Assembly: GCA_020891255.1 (NCBI GenBank)
Contig: BQFW01000008.1
Span: 992,001-1,056,000 of the forward strand
Source: Entomortierella parvispora E1425
Lineage: Eukaryota; Fungi; Mortierellomycota
Length of the DNA stretch: 64,000 nt
Reading direction: 5' to 3'
This document shows, in pieces, positions 1 to 10,908 of the stretch; position 1 is the first letter of the stretch; each line of letters starts with the position of its first letter. Both the position numbers and the translations under genes were made by a program. Under the pieces are notes generated by a model. It had not been told where the DNA came from. It ran no database searches and saw only the letters and a list, made by a program, of their open reading frames with translations.

Positions 1-985
1 CTTGTCGGAGGAGCGATCGGCATCCCTTTTCTTGCAGGGTTCCTCAAGGTTATCAAGATCAGTGGCGATAACTTTTTCCTCTACGTTTGGCTGTTCATGT
101 AGGTGCTTCTAGTACTGCCAAAAAACATTCATTCTTTGAGCAAAATTAACTCTAATTTATTCCTTTCACCTCGTTCAGGGTCGCCTTCCAGCTCATCATG
201 GTCTCGGTCTTCCCTACATTCATTCAGCCCCTGTTCAACAAGTTTGATCCCCTGCCCGATGGCGAGCTTCGTACCATGATTGAGGCCCTGGCGAGCAGGA
301 TCCATTTCCCTTTAACAAAGCTGTTTGTGATTGACGGAAGCAAGCGATCGGGACATTCCAACGCTTACTTTTATGGATTCTTCAAGAACAAGCGCATTGT
401 CCTCTACGATACCCTCTTGGAGCACTCCAGCAATGACGAAACTTGCGCCGTACTTGGTACCGTACCGGCGACATTTGTTTTTAGATGGCATGCATTTCCA
501 TGAAACTCGGAGCACTAACGTCGGATTTCTTGGTAATAGCTCACGAGCTCGGACATTGGGCGTGCAATCATACACTCAAGATGCTCGCCTTCAGTCAAGT
601 GCAGATCTTTGCCACCTTCTATCTCTTCTCTCACTTTATCAACAACAAGGCCATGTACCAGTCGTTTGGATTCATGGACGCCACTCCAACTTTGATTGGT
701 TTCCTGCTCTTCCAGTTTTTGTACTCTCCCGTGGACAGCGCCATGAGCTTCATCACTAACATGATCAGTCGTCGGTACGAGTTCCAGGCAGATGCTTTTG
801 CCCGTAACCTCGGCTATGCCAGCTCGTTGGCCTCAGGCCTGATCAAGCTACAGCTCAAGAACTTGGGTACAATGAACCCAGATTGGCTCTTTTCTATGTA
901 CCATCGATCACACCCAGAGTTGGTTGAGCGCCTCAATGCCATTAACCACCCTGGACTCGTTTCAAAGACAAAGAAGGCAGAATAG
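1..985 (+). CDS. STE24: CAAX prenyl protease (M48 zinc metalloprotease), 5'-truncated by window edge; introns 99-178 and 457-539
   Basis: Spliced translation gives [11 protein letters not shown]..., [29 protein letters not shown]|AHELGHW (HEXXH), [24 protein letters not shown]; GT-AG introns restore the frame. Confidence 0.93.
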
Positions 986-1217
986 ACATTCAATTTTCTA
1001 CTCATAAAACAAAATAGCCGCCCTCTAAAAAAAAAATGTGTGCCACTTTTATGACAATCTAAAGACAGCTACGTCTCCAGCATGAGTGTTCCTACAAGTA
1101 TCTGCATGGCATCCCTTGTAGAAGCCTCGTCGTCTCCCAATCCTTCAGATTATGGTTGCAATCCTGACATTCATTGCAGTTAATTTCTAATACTACAGAC
1201 GGTGCCTCTTTCCCTGT

Positions 1218-2202
1218 TTACTGCTGCTGAGGCTCCTTGGCAGACAATGCTTGGAAGGTCCCTAAAAACACGTCAACATGTTCAAAAACCAGAACACAGT
1301 CAGCAAGTGCAAAAACATGTCGTAGTTGAACACCATAGACGTCGACCAATCATCATAGGAAAGAAAAGGTAAAAAGAAATGGGCATACTCATGGAAATCT
1401 CGGTGAGGTGCTTCTCGGTACCGTCCTTGCCAGTGTAGGTGCGGTAGTGAATAGGTCCTTCCACAAAGACAAGGTCGCCCTTCTTGACGCGCTCAGCCAA
1501 GTATGGGTTCTTCTTCTGGTCCCAAGAGACAATTCTGTGCCATTGAGTGGTCTTGATCAAGTTGCCTAGGACAAGGAAAGTAGTTATATGACAAAAGGTC
1601 AGTTTTTCCGTACAAGGTTATCTGGCCAATAAGAAGCCCTTCGTTTTTGAGACAACATGTCCATGTGTGTTGGTTGAGGATCCTGTCAGCCTTGTTACCT
1701 TCGGCATCTTTGCGGTTCTCGGAAGTGGCAATAGAGAAATGTACGACAGAGCGCTCAGGACCTGCACTGTTGATTTCAGCATCCTGACCGACGCGTCCGA
1801 CGATCGTAGCCTTGTTCACTAGAGTTCCATGAAAAAACACCAAATCCAACGTCAGTCTTTTGCAACTTAAATGGAAAACTCTGTCAAGGGCTGTGCTCTG
1901 CTCTCTCTCCAGTATGCGTCGTGTTGTCAAAGATTATTCCTAGACAACTTCGTGTCAACCCTACCGAGAGTACGGACAGCACCGACAGAGGTCTATACCA
2001 AAAGTAAGGCAAAGAAACAATAGAAAAGAAAAAGAAAAAATGACGCGTCAGCTCCACCTCCTCAAATTCAATGTTGTCCGAATCTCCCAGGGGGATTTCG
2101 AAAAACAAATCACTCCAAGTCCTCGAGCTCCATGCATTCCCGTGGAGAAAAACTGACCGTGGCGACGCGCTTGGCGACTGGGTTGATTCTGGCGAGAAGC
2201 AT
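1218..2202 (-). CDS. RIM1: Mitochondrial single-stranded DNA-binding protein (multi-exon; 5' exons uncertain)
   Basis: OB-fold SSB motifs NKATIVGRVGQDAE, FSIATSE, KTTQWHRIVSWD, KKGDLVFVEGPIHYRTY; candidate exon 1 MLLARINPVAKRVAT (presequence-like) ends at a gtcagt donor; last exon RTFQALSAKEPQQQ* ends at 1218. Confidence 0.82.
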
Positions 2203-2781
2203 GTTGATTTGGGGGTGGAGGTGGGTTGAGGAGTGGGAATGAAAGATTGTTTGTGAAAGGAGAAATGGACCAGATATGGAAGTCGGAGGCAGTCACGTCA
2301 CGTGGCTTCCGCTTTTGGACAAATGCGGGAGAACCAACCCTGGATTTTGTGGAGGTTTTCTTGTTCAAAGATGCCCACCCCTCGCGTCTGGGTCTTTGAA
2401 TGAGTGTCGCGTCCCATGCAACCGGTTTCTGCCTTCTGCAGAGAACCAAAGCCACCTGGACACACGCCGCCGAGGCTCGAAAATGCCTGGGCGAGTCTCT
2501 TTGTGTTCAAGATTGGGCCATGCGTTTCGAGCAAGTTGGGTCGATTCCTCTGCTCTCTGGGCTCTGTGAGAAAAGAAAAAAAGATGCATCCCGAGAGACA
2601 ACAACCACCAGCAAACATCAGGCACCTTTGGCCAACCACTGCGGCCTCTGGCACAGCCTTTGCAAAAAAAAAGGTCCCGCTCGCCTGTTTGCCTCTTTCT
2701 TCACCTTGTTCTCTCCCCTCTTTTCCCCAACGCCCCGCTTCTGACCCTTTCTCCCCTTCACCCTGTCCCTTTGGAACTGCC

Positions 2782-4837
2782 ATGAGCACCGTCTCTGTCC
2801 CTGCGTACCCCAACGCATGTATCGGTCCCTCGCTTGCGGCCTCCACAGTTTATCTGGCAGGAGTGCCTCCTTCAGTTGAAGGGCGACTGGAGTTCTATTC
2901 CATCGATCTCACCAATATCAACTCGCCCACGGCAACACTTATCAACTCCACCGAACCTGCTGGCTTGTTTTGGACCAGTGGGTCCCCCAAAGCCTGTTAC
3001 CCCTATCCCGGTAACCAGGCCAACCCCAACAACCCTATGCTAATGGTCCAGTTTGGAGCAAAGTCCCAGTTCACCAACTTGTACCCAGTCAGCAAGTTCA
3101 TGGATGACCCCACTGGCTTCACGGACTATATGTTTGTCTCGCCAAAGCTGTTCTCCATTTCGGGTGCCGTTGGTCCCTCAAACTGGTTCACGGCGCTGTT
3201 GGACCATCCCTCCAACCTCACAGGCTCCTCTTGGTCTGCACTCCGCATCAATGCCACCCTGACTCTTGACAGTCAGAGAGAGTAAGTCAGTGGGGAGGCG
3301 AGGGTAGGCGCGTGCTACCTCTCTCTTTGCGATGCGGCGTGTTGTGTTGTTATTTTTTTTTATTCTTTAAAACGAGCTCTCAACTGTTGTTGACTTTGTC
3401 AGTACCAGGCAACTGAATCCTTTGTTTTCTCCTCCATTGTTTGCAGCTTCGTGATCTCACAGTACCCTACGGCCACACCTCTTCTCAGCGTTGGAACTTT
3501 TATTCCTACTTCGTCCACGCCTGCCCAGGGATACCAAGTGGTCTTTGATAACGGTGGAGGAGGCGTGATGTATACCTCCTTGGATTCTGCCGCACCCATC
3601 AACAATGACCAGAATGACAGGATTCTTTCTCTATCGAGTGCTCAAACCGTGGACATGGGCGGTATCATACTCACGTATAACGCCATCCCTGTCACCATGG
3701 TTGGTGTCGCGTACATCCTAGATCAGGTACAATTCACACCGCTGAAGTCCCACCCAAAGCGGACTTTATTCTCCTTTTCTTGGTACCGGAGACTTTTTTT
3801 CTTCCCTCCCAGGAGTGCTCACAAACCAACCTTTCTGGTCCTTTTTTCCTCGGAATGTTTAGGCTGCAGATGGATCCACAGTGATTTACAGCATCAACCC
3901 TGCCTCAGGACCCAAGCTTCAACGCGTCCCGGTCTCTGGAATGGTTCCTCCTTTCTCACCTTCCATGTCAGCAACGGCTTTGGGTGGCCAGATTGTCACT
4001 TATGGCAGTTCCTCCACCGGCTCTGTTTCCTCCACCTTCAACAGCTTTAACACAGTGGCTGGTTCTTGGAGCGGTCCAGGATTGGTGCAGCCCGCGGCCA
4101 TTCCCTCCCCCTCTGCTTCCAACAACATCAGTCCCACGCCTAGCAACAACAGCAACAACAGTAGCAGTGGCAAGAGTACGAATGTTGGAGCAATCGCTGG
4201 AGGTGTCGTCGGCGGGTTGGTTGTGATTGCTCTGATCGTCTTTTTGTTCATTCGTCATCGCCGTCGATCCAATGCCGCCGCTGCCAGTGCCGCTGCCAGT
4301 GCCACTGCCGCTCCTGCCCCTGTTCTGAACACTGCTACCAAGCCCATTTTCCAGGCCCAGCCCCCTCTCCAGCAACAACAACAACAACAGCAGCAGCCGC
4401 AGATGCAGCAAGCGTATGCATACGTGACCCCTCAACAGGCTCCAACCTACAACCCTCATAACTCTTACATGCCCTATATGGACCCTAGCAAGGATGCTTA
4501 CTCGCCTGCTCCACAGCACTCCGCGCCTCCTGCCCAGCCCCCTAGTCCCCTCATCTTCCAGCAACAGCAGCATCAACAACCAACATACTCGTACACTCCC
4601 CCTACCCTGGGCATTGCCGCCGTGGAGCCTCAGAATCCAAACATCTTCCAACCCCAAGAGGCATCTTCGGACAGTGGCAGTAACCCCTCGTACACTCAAG
4701 CTCAATACACTCCTTCCACAAGCGCGGCTACGCCTCAGACACCTTATACCCCCGTGGCCAACCAAGCTCATACCCCATCCACAGGCGCCTCTAGTCCTCA
4801 ATATGTTCACCACAACAATCACGGATATGTTTCGTAA
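2782..4837 (+). CDS. Single-pass membrane protein: beta-rich N-terminal domain, Ser/Thr stalk, TM helix, Gln/Pro/Tyr-rich tail; introns 3282-3446 and 3727-3862
   Basis: Three ORF segments join in frame at GT-AG sites; TM AIAGGVVGGLVVIALIVFLFI followed by RHRRR stop-transfer; N-terminal motif shared with gene at 51942-54796. Confidence 0.75.
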
Positions 4838-5048
4838 CAACAAAAAAGATGACAAGATGATATTCTTTCCATGAAATGGTACCTAATAAAAAAAAAGTTA
4901 ATGAAGTAGGCCTGTTCATTCTACTGTTCACCGGACCCTAGTTGCTTGAGCATTGAGGCCCTGCATGGGTCATATTTTAATAAGTTCTTTAGTATTATAG
5001 ATTAACATTTTGGACTCTGCTGAATAAATAGTACAAACAAATGGAAGA

Positions 5049-8000
5049 TCACAGTTGCCTCAAGATCTGCCAGATCCAGCCTATCAGGTAGACCAAGCTT
5101 CCCAGGAATCTTCCAGTGGCGCCGATCGTGATAGTCCAGACCACGATCGTCACATAGAGATTCGAACCATCACTCAGAACCAAAAACGGGGCCAATTGGT
5201 CCGAGGAGATGGTAATGACTAAAGCCCCGTTGACGACAATCCACAGCAGGAGAATCCGGGTCCTGAACGTTCGATAGTAATCCGACTGGAGGGTCTTGAT
5301 ATCGTCCCTCTGTTTCTTGGCTGCCTTGACCGCTTTGGTTTTGTTTGTGGATGATGGCGCCAAAGGAGACGACGAGTTGGGTCCACCAGCAGAGTGCGTT
5401 GGCAACAGAGAAGCGGAAGAGGAAGAATGGTGTCCTAGTGTGGAAACCGAGCTAATGAAGGAGTGCCTTGGTCGTTTCTTCCGATCCAGATCATCAATGG
5501 CGTCCTGATAAGCCGAAGCAACATAGTGCTCGTCTGGCATGAGGACCGTAGAAGCATGGTAGATGGCTTCTCGACTGATCATTGGATCCTTTTCATGGTC
5601 CTCTGGTTCTTTGATTCCCCAACTACACAATAAAAAAAAGTCGTCCATTATAAGTCTCAAAGCATCATGAAAGTCATCAGAGTCCATGTCGAATAAAACA
5701 ATAGCACGATCGGATGGAGGTGAGGGATCACTTACTTGACTTCGTGCATGTTGCAAAAGGCGTACACGCCAAGCACGCTGACGTAACTGGGCAAAAGTAA
5801 TAGGAACTGCACGAAACAGGCGATCATATGCCATGGCTCTCCATAGAGTAGTGCCGAAACCACGTAGACGGCGTAGCAACAGACCAAGGCCAAAATCAAC
5901 ACGTGGTACCCAGCGGCCTTGAACACAGCAATGATGGTTTGGAAAGACTGCCAGTTTGCATAGGGCAAGAACTCGGTCGCGTGCAGAAACGTTAGATAAC
6001 CGGCAGCGAAGAGAATGTACGCCTGAATGAACGCAAAAAAGATGAAACTGAGGATAAACAGGTAGAGGGATTGTCTAGGGAATAAAAAAAAAGGGCAATG
6101 TTCGTGTTAGTGGTCAAAATCTCCTTCACTACATCTCTCCACAGTTTTTAATTTGCAGGCGGAAACTTACCCTCGCGGCCGATTTCCCATGGATATCATC
6201 ATAACAACAACAATCAGGCAAATGTAAACATAACGCGTCAACATAAAAGCCGTCTCTCCAAAATTGATATGAGATGCCGACGACAGTGTTTGAGCCATGT
6301 AATAGAAGACGAGATAATAGTTTCCCTAGATATTGCAACACACTCGAGTGAGTACCTGTTGCCTGGGTTGATCTCGTTTGCGACTTCAGCTTGGCCATTA
6401 GCACTTGGGCATTTCACTTACCAAAGCCAAGAACCAGAAGGCCGTATCGCAACCCAGGTAGATAATTTCCAGTGTCATCCACACCTTTCTCAGGAAATGA
6501 TGCCCACTCCTCCAGATAGCCGCCACATGTGAGACTGCGTAGATGAGTCCAAAGAACCGACGGTTCTGCCATTTGCGCTTCATGCCCAAAAAGGTACCGA
6601 TCCCTGCTGGTAGTTCCGTCTCCGCCCAAGCCGAACGGACGTACTGCATCGTGTACTGCCGCCGCTCTCTAGTTGCTACTAGAAACGGCAGAATCTGATC
6701 CTCGGCGAAATAAGAGTATTGGAGGACCTCTCCCACTTCCTGATGGTCCTCGCTGAAAACCAAGTAATCTGGTTCGAAATACGCCGTGAGGGGGCCCCGC
6801 CCCGAGACCGGCTCTGGTAACAGCGCTTCATAACGGTAGGCAACCAAAGCGCTCGGCATGACAGATATATAGCCGAAAATACTTTCGAAGGGCTTCTCGA
6901 GCACGCTCGAGACCTTGTATTCAAAGATCTGAGCTGCGATGATCGGATTCAACACTTTCCACCACAGGAGACCCTTGGCAACTCTGATCTCTCCGCATGC
7001 TCCTGCGCAGTGAGGGTTTCTGTCAAACGCGTTCCAGAGATGATAAAGACTTCCATTGCCGATTTTGGCGCCTGCTGTCGTCAAAAGAGTGATTCTGGGT
7101 TGCAGTAGAGGGCAAAGAGCGTGAAAGAACCACCGATGCGAATTGAGCTTTTTGGTGTGGCGTTCCTTTAGACAGAAAACAATTTGGATTGGTGGGTAGT
7201 GGTGTTTGTTGCTGTTCTTGAGTGTTCTGCCTTTGAGCTTTAACTTGCAGTCCACAGACACCTGCGTCGAGTACTATAAGGATTCCAAGCGGAGGTTAAT
7301 GAAAGAACTTCTGTTTTATCACTGCTTGTCTGGTTGAACAAGTTCTAGCCTTTCTTTTTACCTCAAAGATGTGAGCCTGTACTGCATGTCCGTTCACCTG
7401 ATTCTTAGCGACACCTTCCTGCCAGCATCCCATGGAAGCCAAGACCTTGAGGATTATAGGATTCAAATGACGACGACCATCCGCTACAATACAAATCACG
7501 ACTTTCTTCCAGGAGTCCTCTTCAGCCCAAACGGGGTTCCTGTGGGCCTTTGATTTTGAAAGCGGTAAGCACATTTGCCGGATATTTTTGATCAGTGAGT
7601 GTAAAGTCAAGCAGAACGCTTGTGGCGATTCCTAGAAAGGAAAAAAGGGATGTATGAGCGTGCCATTCCTGATAATCGCAGTTGAAAAGTTCTCGAGATG
7701 TTTTTAAAGAGATCCTTACCTCGTTCACTGTCAAGCAAATGGCTAACTCGACAGAGCGCTTCAAATTATGGGTCCGAAGTTTGTATTTACCCTCGGGCAC
7801 CATGTCAGCATCACAGGTCACGGCCATGTACCGCATAGTTTCAAACTCCAATCCTGTCTGATGATCCACTGCAGAGAGATAGCTGGTGGGCACAGGCGTA
7901 TCCAGAACTAGGTTGCCGTCCGTCAATTGTACTTTTTTTGGCTTGAAAACATAATGGATTGGCATCGGCATCGATATTGAGGGAAACATTGGTGCGAGTG

Positions 8001-8838
8001 CACTAGGAAGCTGGGATGCCATTCTCATCCAGGGTGCCTGTAGCCAGTGAGAAAGCGGGAAAGACTGCATGGGCGACGACGAGGCGCGATATGTCCCGCC
8101 ACTGTGCGGCATGGGTGGGTAAAATTCTCCTGGGGCATATGGAGTAGCTGTCGAGGCCAAAGTTGGAGACATCGGTGGCGAAAGAGCCGATGTGGCCGCA
8201 GATCGGAGAACTGTCCTCGATTTGGATTTTTCTTTGGACCCGCTTTCTGCGCTGCGGGGACTTCTGGCTTCTTCTGGGTACTGACCTATGATTCTTGGTG
8301 GAGGAGAGAGATGTCTTGTTGTCGAAGTTGTAGATTGCGCTGGTACCCAAGGCTCAGGCATCGACACCGGAAGTACGTCAAATGTTGACCGGGGCGTTGT
8401 TTTCCTAGTCATGATTGAGGGCGTCCGTCCTGTCCGTGACAGGGGCTCCTGGAGCGGCGGGGGATAGTATCGCGAGTCCTGATGGACGTTAACCCTCGTC
8501 CTTTCTAAGGTTGGTGATGAGTGTTGGAACTCAGGCGGGTGATAACGACGCTGATAAGTAGCCCTAGGGTAATCTGCAGTGCCTCCCGTTCCGTTACTCG
8601 GCCCCGTGTAGGGTGTAGTTGAGGGCCCAGATACCACTGATTGACGAGAGTGGTAGAGTCGGAGAGGCAGACTGTCAAGGTGTCTATGGGTGGTTGGATC
8701 GGACCGTGTCGCAGGAGGTGATCGGGTTTGTGTACGGGAGGAAGGTAGCATCCATTCGAAGACTGCTGAGGAAAGGGTCAATGGGATCAAGGGTGGACCG
8801 TTTGAGAATCCGCAACCGTCATCCAATGCAAGGCCCAA
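5049..8838 (-). CDS. Chitin synthase-like protein (GT2, class I/II type), multi-exon, catalytic motifs degenerate; start codon uncertain
   Basis: Segments match the chitin synthase framework: VVICIVADGR, VQAHIFE, IVFCLKERHTKKLNSHRWFF, CAGACGEI, AAQIFEYK..LEKPFESIFGYISV, C-terminal SVLGVYAFCNMH and TM helices; low-complexity N-terminus. Confidence 0.85.
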
Positions 8839-10002
8839 GGTGATTGAAGAGATGAAAAAAAGTCAGTTATGGTATGCACGCAGATCGTGGAAGGACGAAA
8901 GAAAGAAAGCAAAGACCGTTCTCCAAAACAGCGGCTTGAACCCCTCCTCTTGGCCGGTCGACCCTTCGTGATGAAGGCACCTCCAACATAGGGGCAGGCC
9001 AGGATGAATGACCAGGGTTAAAAATACAGCAGAAGGAGAGCGACAGGGGGATTGATGACCAACAGCATTCTGACCAGCTGCCTCGTCCCTGCCGTCTACA
9101 ACAACAAAAAAGGGGTTCTCTCTACAGGCGAAGCGTGGCCAGCTGACAACGTGCGCATTCGTGCCTGCGTATTTGCGCACGGTCCCTTTTTTCTCGTCAT
9201 AGAAACGTTGCCCTCCGAACCCTTCTCCTTTGGGCTCTTGCTGACGAGTGCTGTATCCGACATGCTCTTTTGGAACCAGCACGTGGGCCCCTTTTTCACC
9301 GCATGCAGTAGAACCATTGGCTGAGAGAATGGCCGCCATCACAGCCCACCGAGCTTAGCGATATTGATTCCTCTTTTTCTTTTCATTTTCTCTTTTCCTT
9401 TCCCTTTACTCACCATAGATGACATGGAGCTCGAACTATGACGTCTCGACGACTTTGATGAGGGGCTGGAGGACAAATGCACAAAGAAATGTGGGCGTCC
9501 AAGCTTGCTTGCTGCGCGCTCATGAGGGACAAAGTCTGATACAAGTGCAATGACAGCGAGATGCCTGGTCTTCAGTCTAACTCCAATAGCAATGGGGAAA
9601 ATGTTTTCAGAAAGTTCAAATGAGGGAGGAGAAGCATTCTTGGACATTGTTCAAAAGCAATGGAGGAGTGCAGCGAAATGGAAGAACGCGCGAAGGCGCG
9701 TCAAAGGCTGACCCTGAAATTAAGGGTATAGCTTGCTCAGTGATCGCATCCCCATGCATATGACCTCTTCCTCTTCCTCCACCCGGTGGATGCGGATAAA
9801 AAGACTGGGGGACATTTTGTGGCCAACAGTTTCGAGGCGAGTCCTTGGATCCGACCTTAGGAGCTTCATGACCTCCAGGTCCCTTGTTGCATTAAGCGTT
9901 TATTGTACAGCTTCTACTTATTACAGGTTTTTACAAGGAGGCTATAAATTAGCTCTTTTTTTGTGGGGGGTTGCACGACTACCAGTGCTTTGTGGGATAA
10001 TT

Positions 10003-10908
10003 TTAGTTGGGTTGTATTGATGGGAGAGGACCCCCATATCGGCCATTGTAGGCTGGAAAGGACTGCTGAGGCAATTGCGATACAACAGAGCTGAGTGAGG
10101 GAAGAGCCACTGGTGTTTGGACCTGTTGAGAGGCATTGGCTGCTACTGGTGGTCCAGTATGTGAGTTTATTTGAGGGTGTTGCTCCAAAAGACCAGACGG
10201 GGAGAGTGGAGGCGAATTGAGCTGCTGTGAGGAGGAGGACGTAGCCGACGGGTCTGAGGGAAGTGACCCCGGTGATGGTGTCGGGTCGGTGGGCGAGAGA
10301 GACATGTTTGAGGATTGACGAGGTGAAGTAGGACTTGTCACCTCTTCCTCCCCGTCGACGGCCATAGGGATGGGAATGATAGGCTTTAGCCCGGCACAGT
10401 TTCGTAAACGACGGATTTCATTGATGGCGTTCCGTAGCGTCGTTATCGAGTTTGATTTGACAGTAGACCTCTTCTCTACACCACCATATTCCTCAGTGGC
10501 AGAATGCCGCAGACGTTCTTTAGTAGTCGGAGGGACCGGCGTCAGAGGAGGTGGCGAGGATGGGGGCGGTGATGAGGAGGAGGAGGAATGTGAACTGGCG
10601 TCGATATCGTTGGCAGATTCTCGGACCAGACTCCCTAGCTCGGTGATGAGCTGGTTCATAGTATCGCGCCTTTGACGCTCATCAAGAATGTGGGTGGCGC
10701 GTCGCCTTTCCAAGGCAGTCAGACGAGCGATAGAGTCAACATTTTTTCTGTTCAGAACGTTTACACCATGGAGTCGAAAGACGTTTTTGGTCAGAGGCTT
10801 CGAAGGCGTAGTTGTAGAGGAAGACGAGGAGGAGGAAGAAGAGGAGGACGCTTCCACTGAAGGAGCAGGCGGAGAAGATGAAGATTTGGATGATCTTGTT
10901 GCAGCCAT
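10003..10908 (-). CDS. bHLH transcription factor
   Basis: Basic region/helix 1 RRRATHILDERQRRDTMNQLITELGSLV (H-E-R pattern), helix 2 KSNSITTLRNAINEIRRLR; TATAAA on minus strand at 11082-11087; ATG MAATRSS at 10908. Confidence 0.8.
   Translation of the reverse strand: MAATRSSKSSSSPPAPSVEASSSSSSSSSSSTTTPSKPLTKNVFRLHGVNVLNRKNVDSIARLTALERRRATHILDERQRRDTMNQLITELGSLVRESANDIDASSHSSSSSSPPPSSPPPLTPVPPTTKERLRHSATEEYGGVEKRSTVKSNSITTLRNAINEIRRLRNCAGLKPIIPIPMAVDGEEEVTSPTSPRQSSNMSLSPTDPTPSPGSLPSDPSATSSSSQQLNSPPLSPSGLLEQHPQINSHTGPPVAANASQQVQTPVALPSLSSVVSQLPQQSFPAYNGRYGGPLPSIQPN

Noticed and set aside
8863-9647. Small minus-strand ORFs with a possible gtgagt intron upstream of the chitin synthase-like gene
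   Set aside because: No recognisable domain; could be 5' exons or UTR but frame and splicing could not be supported
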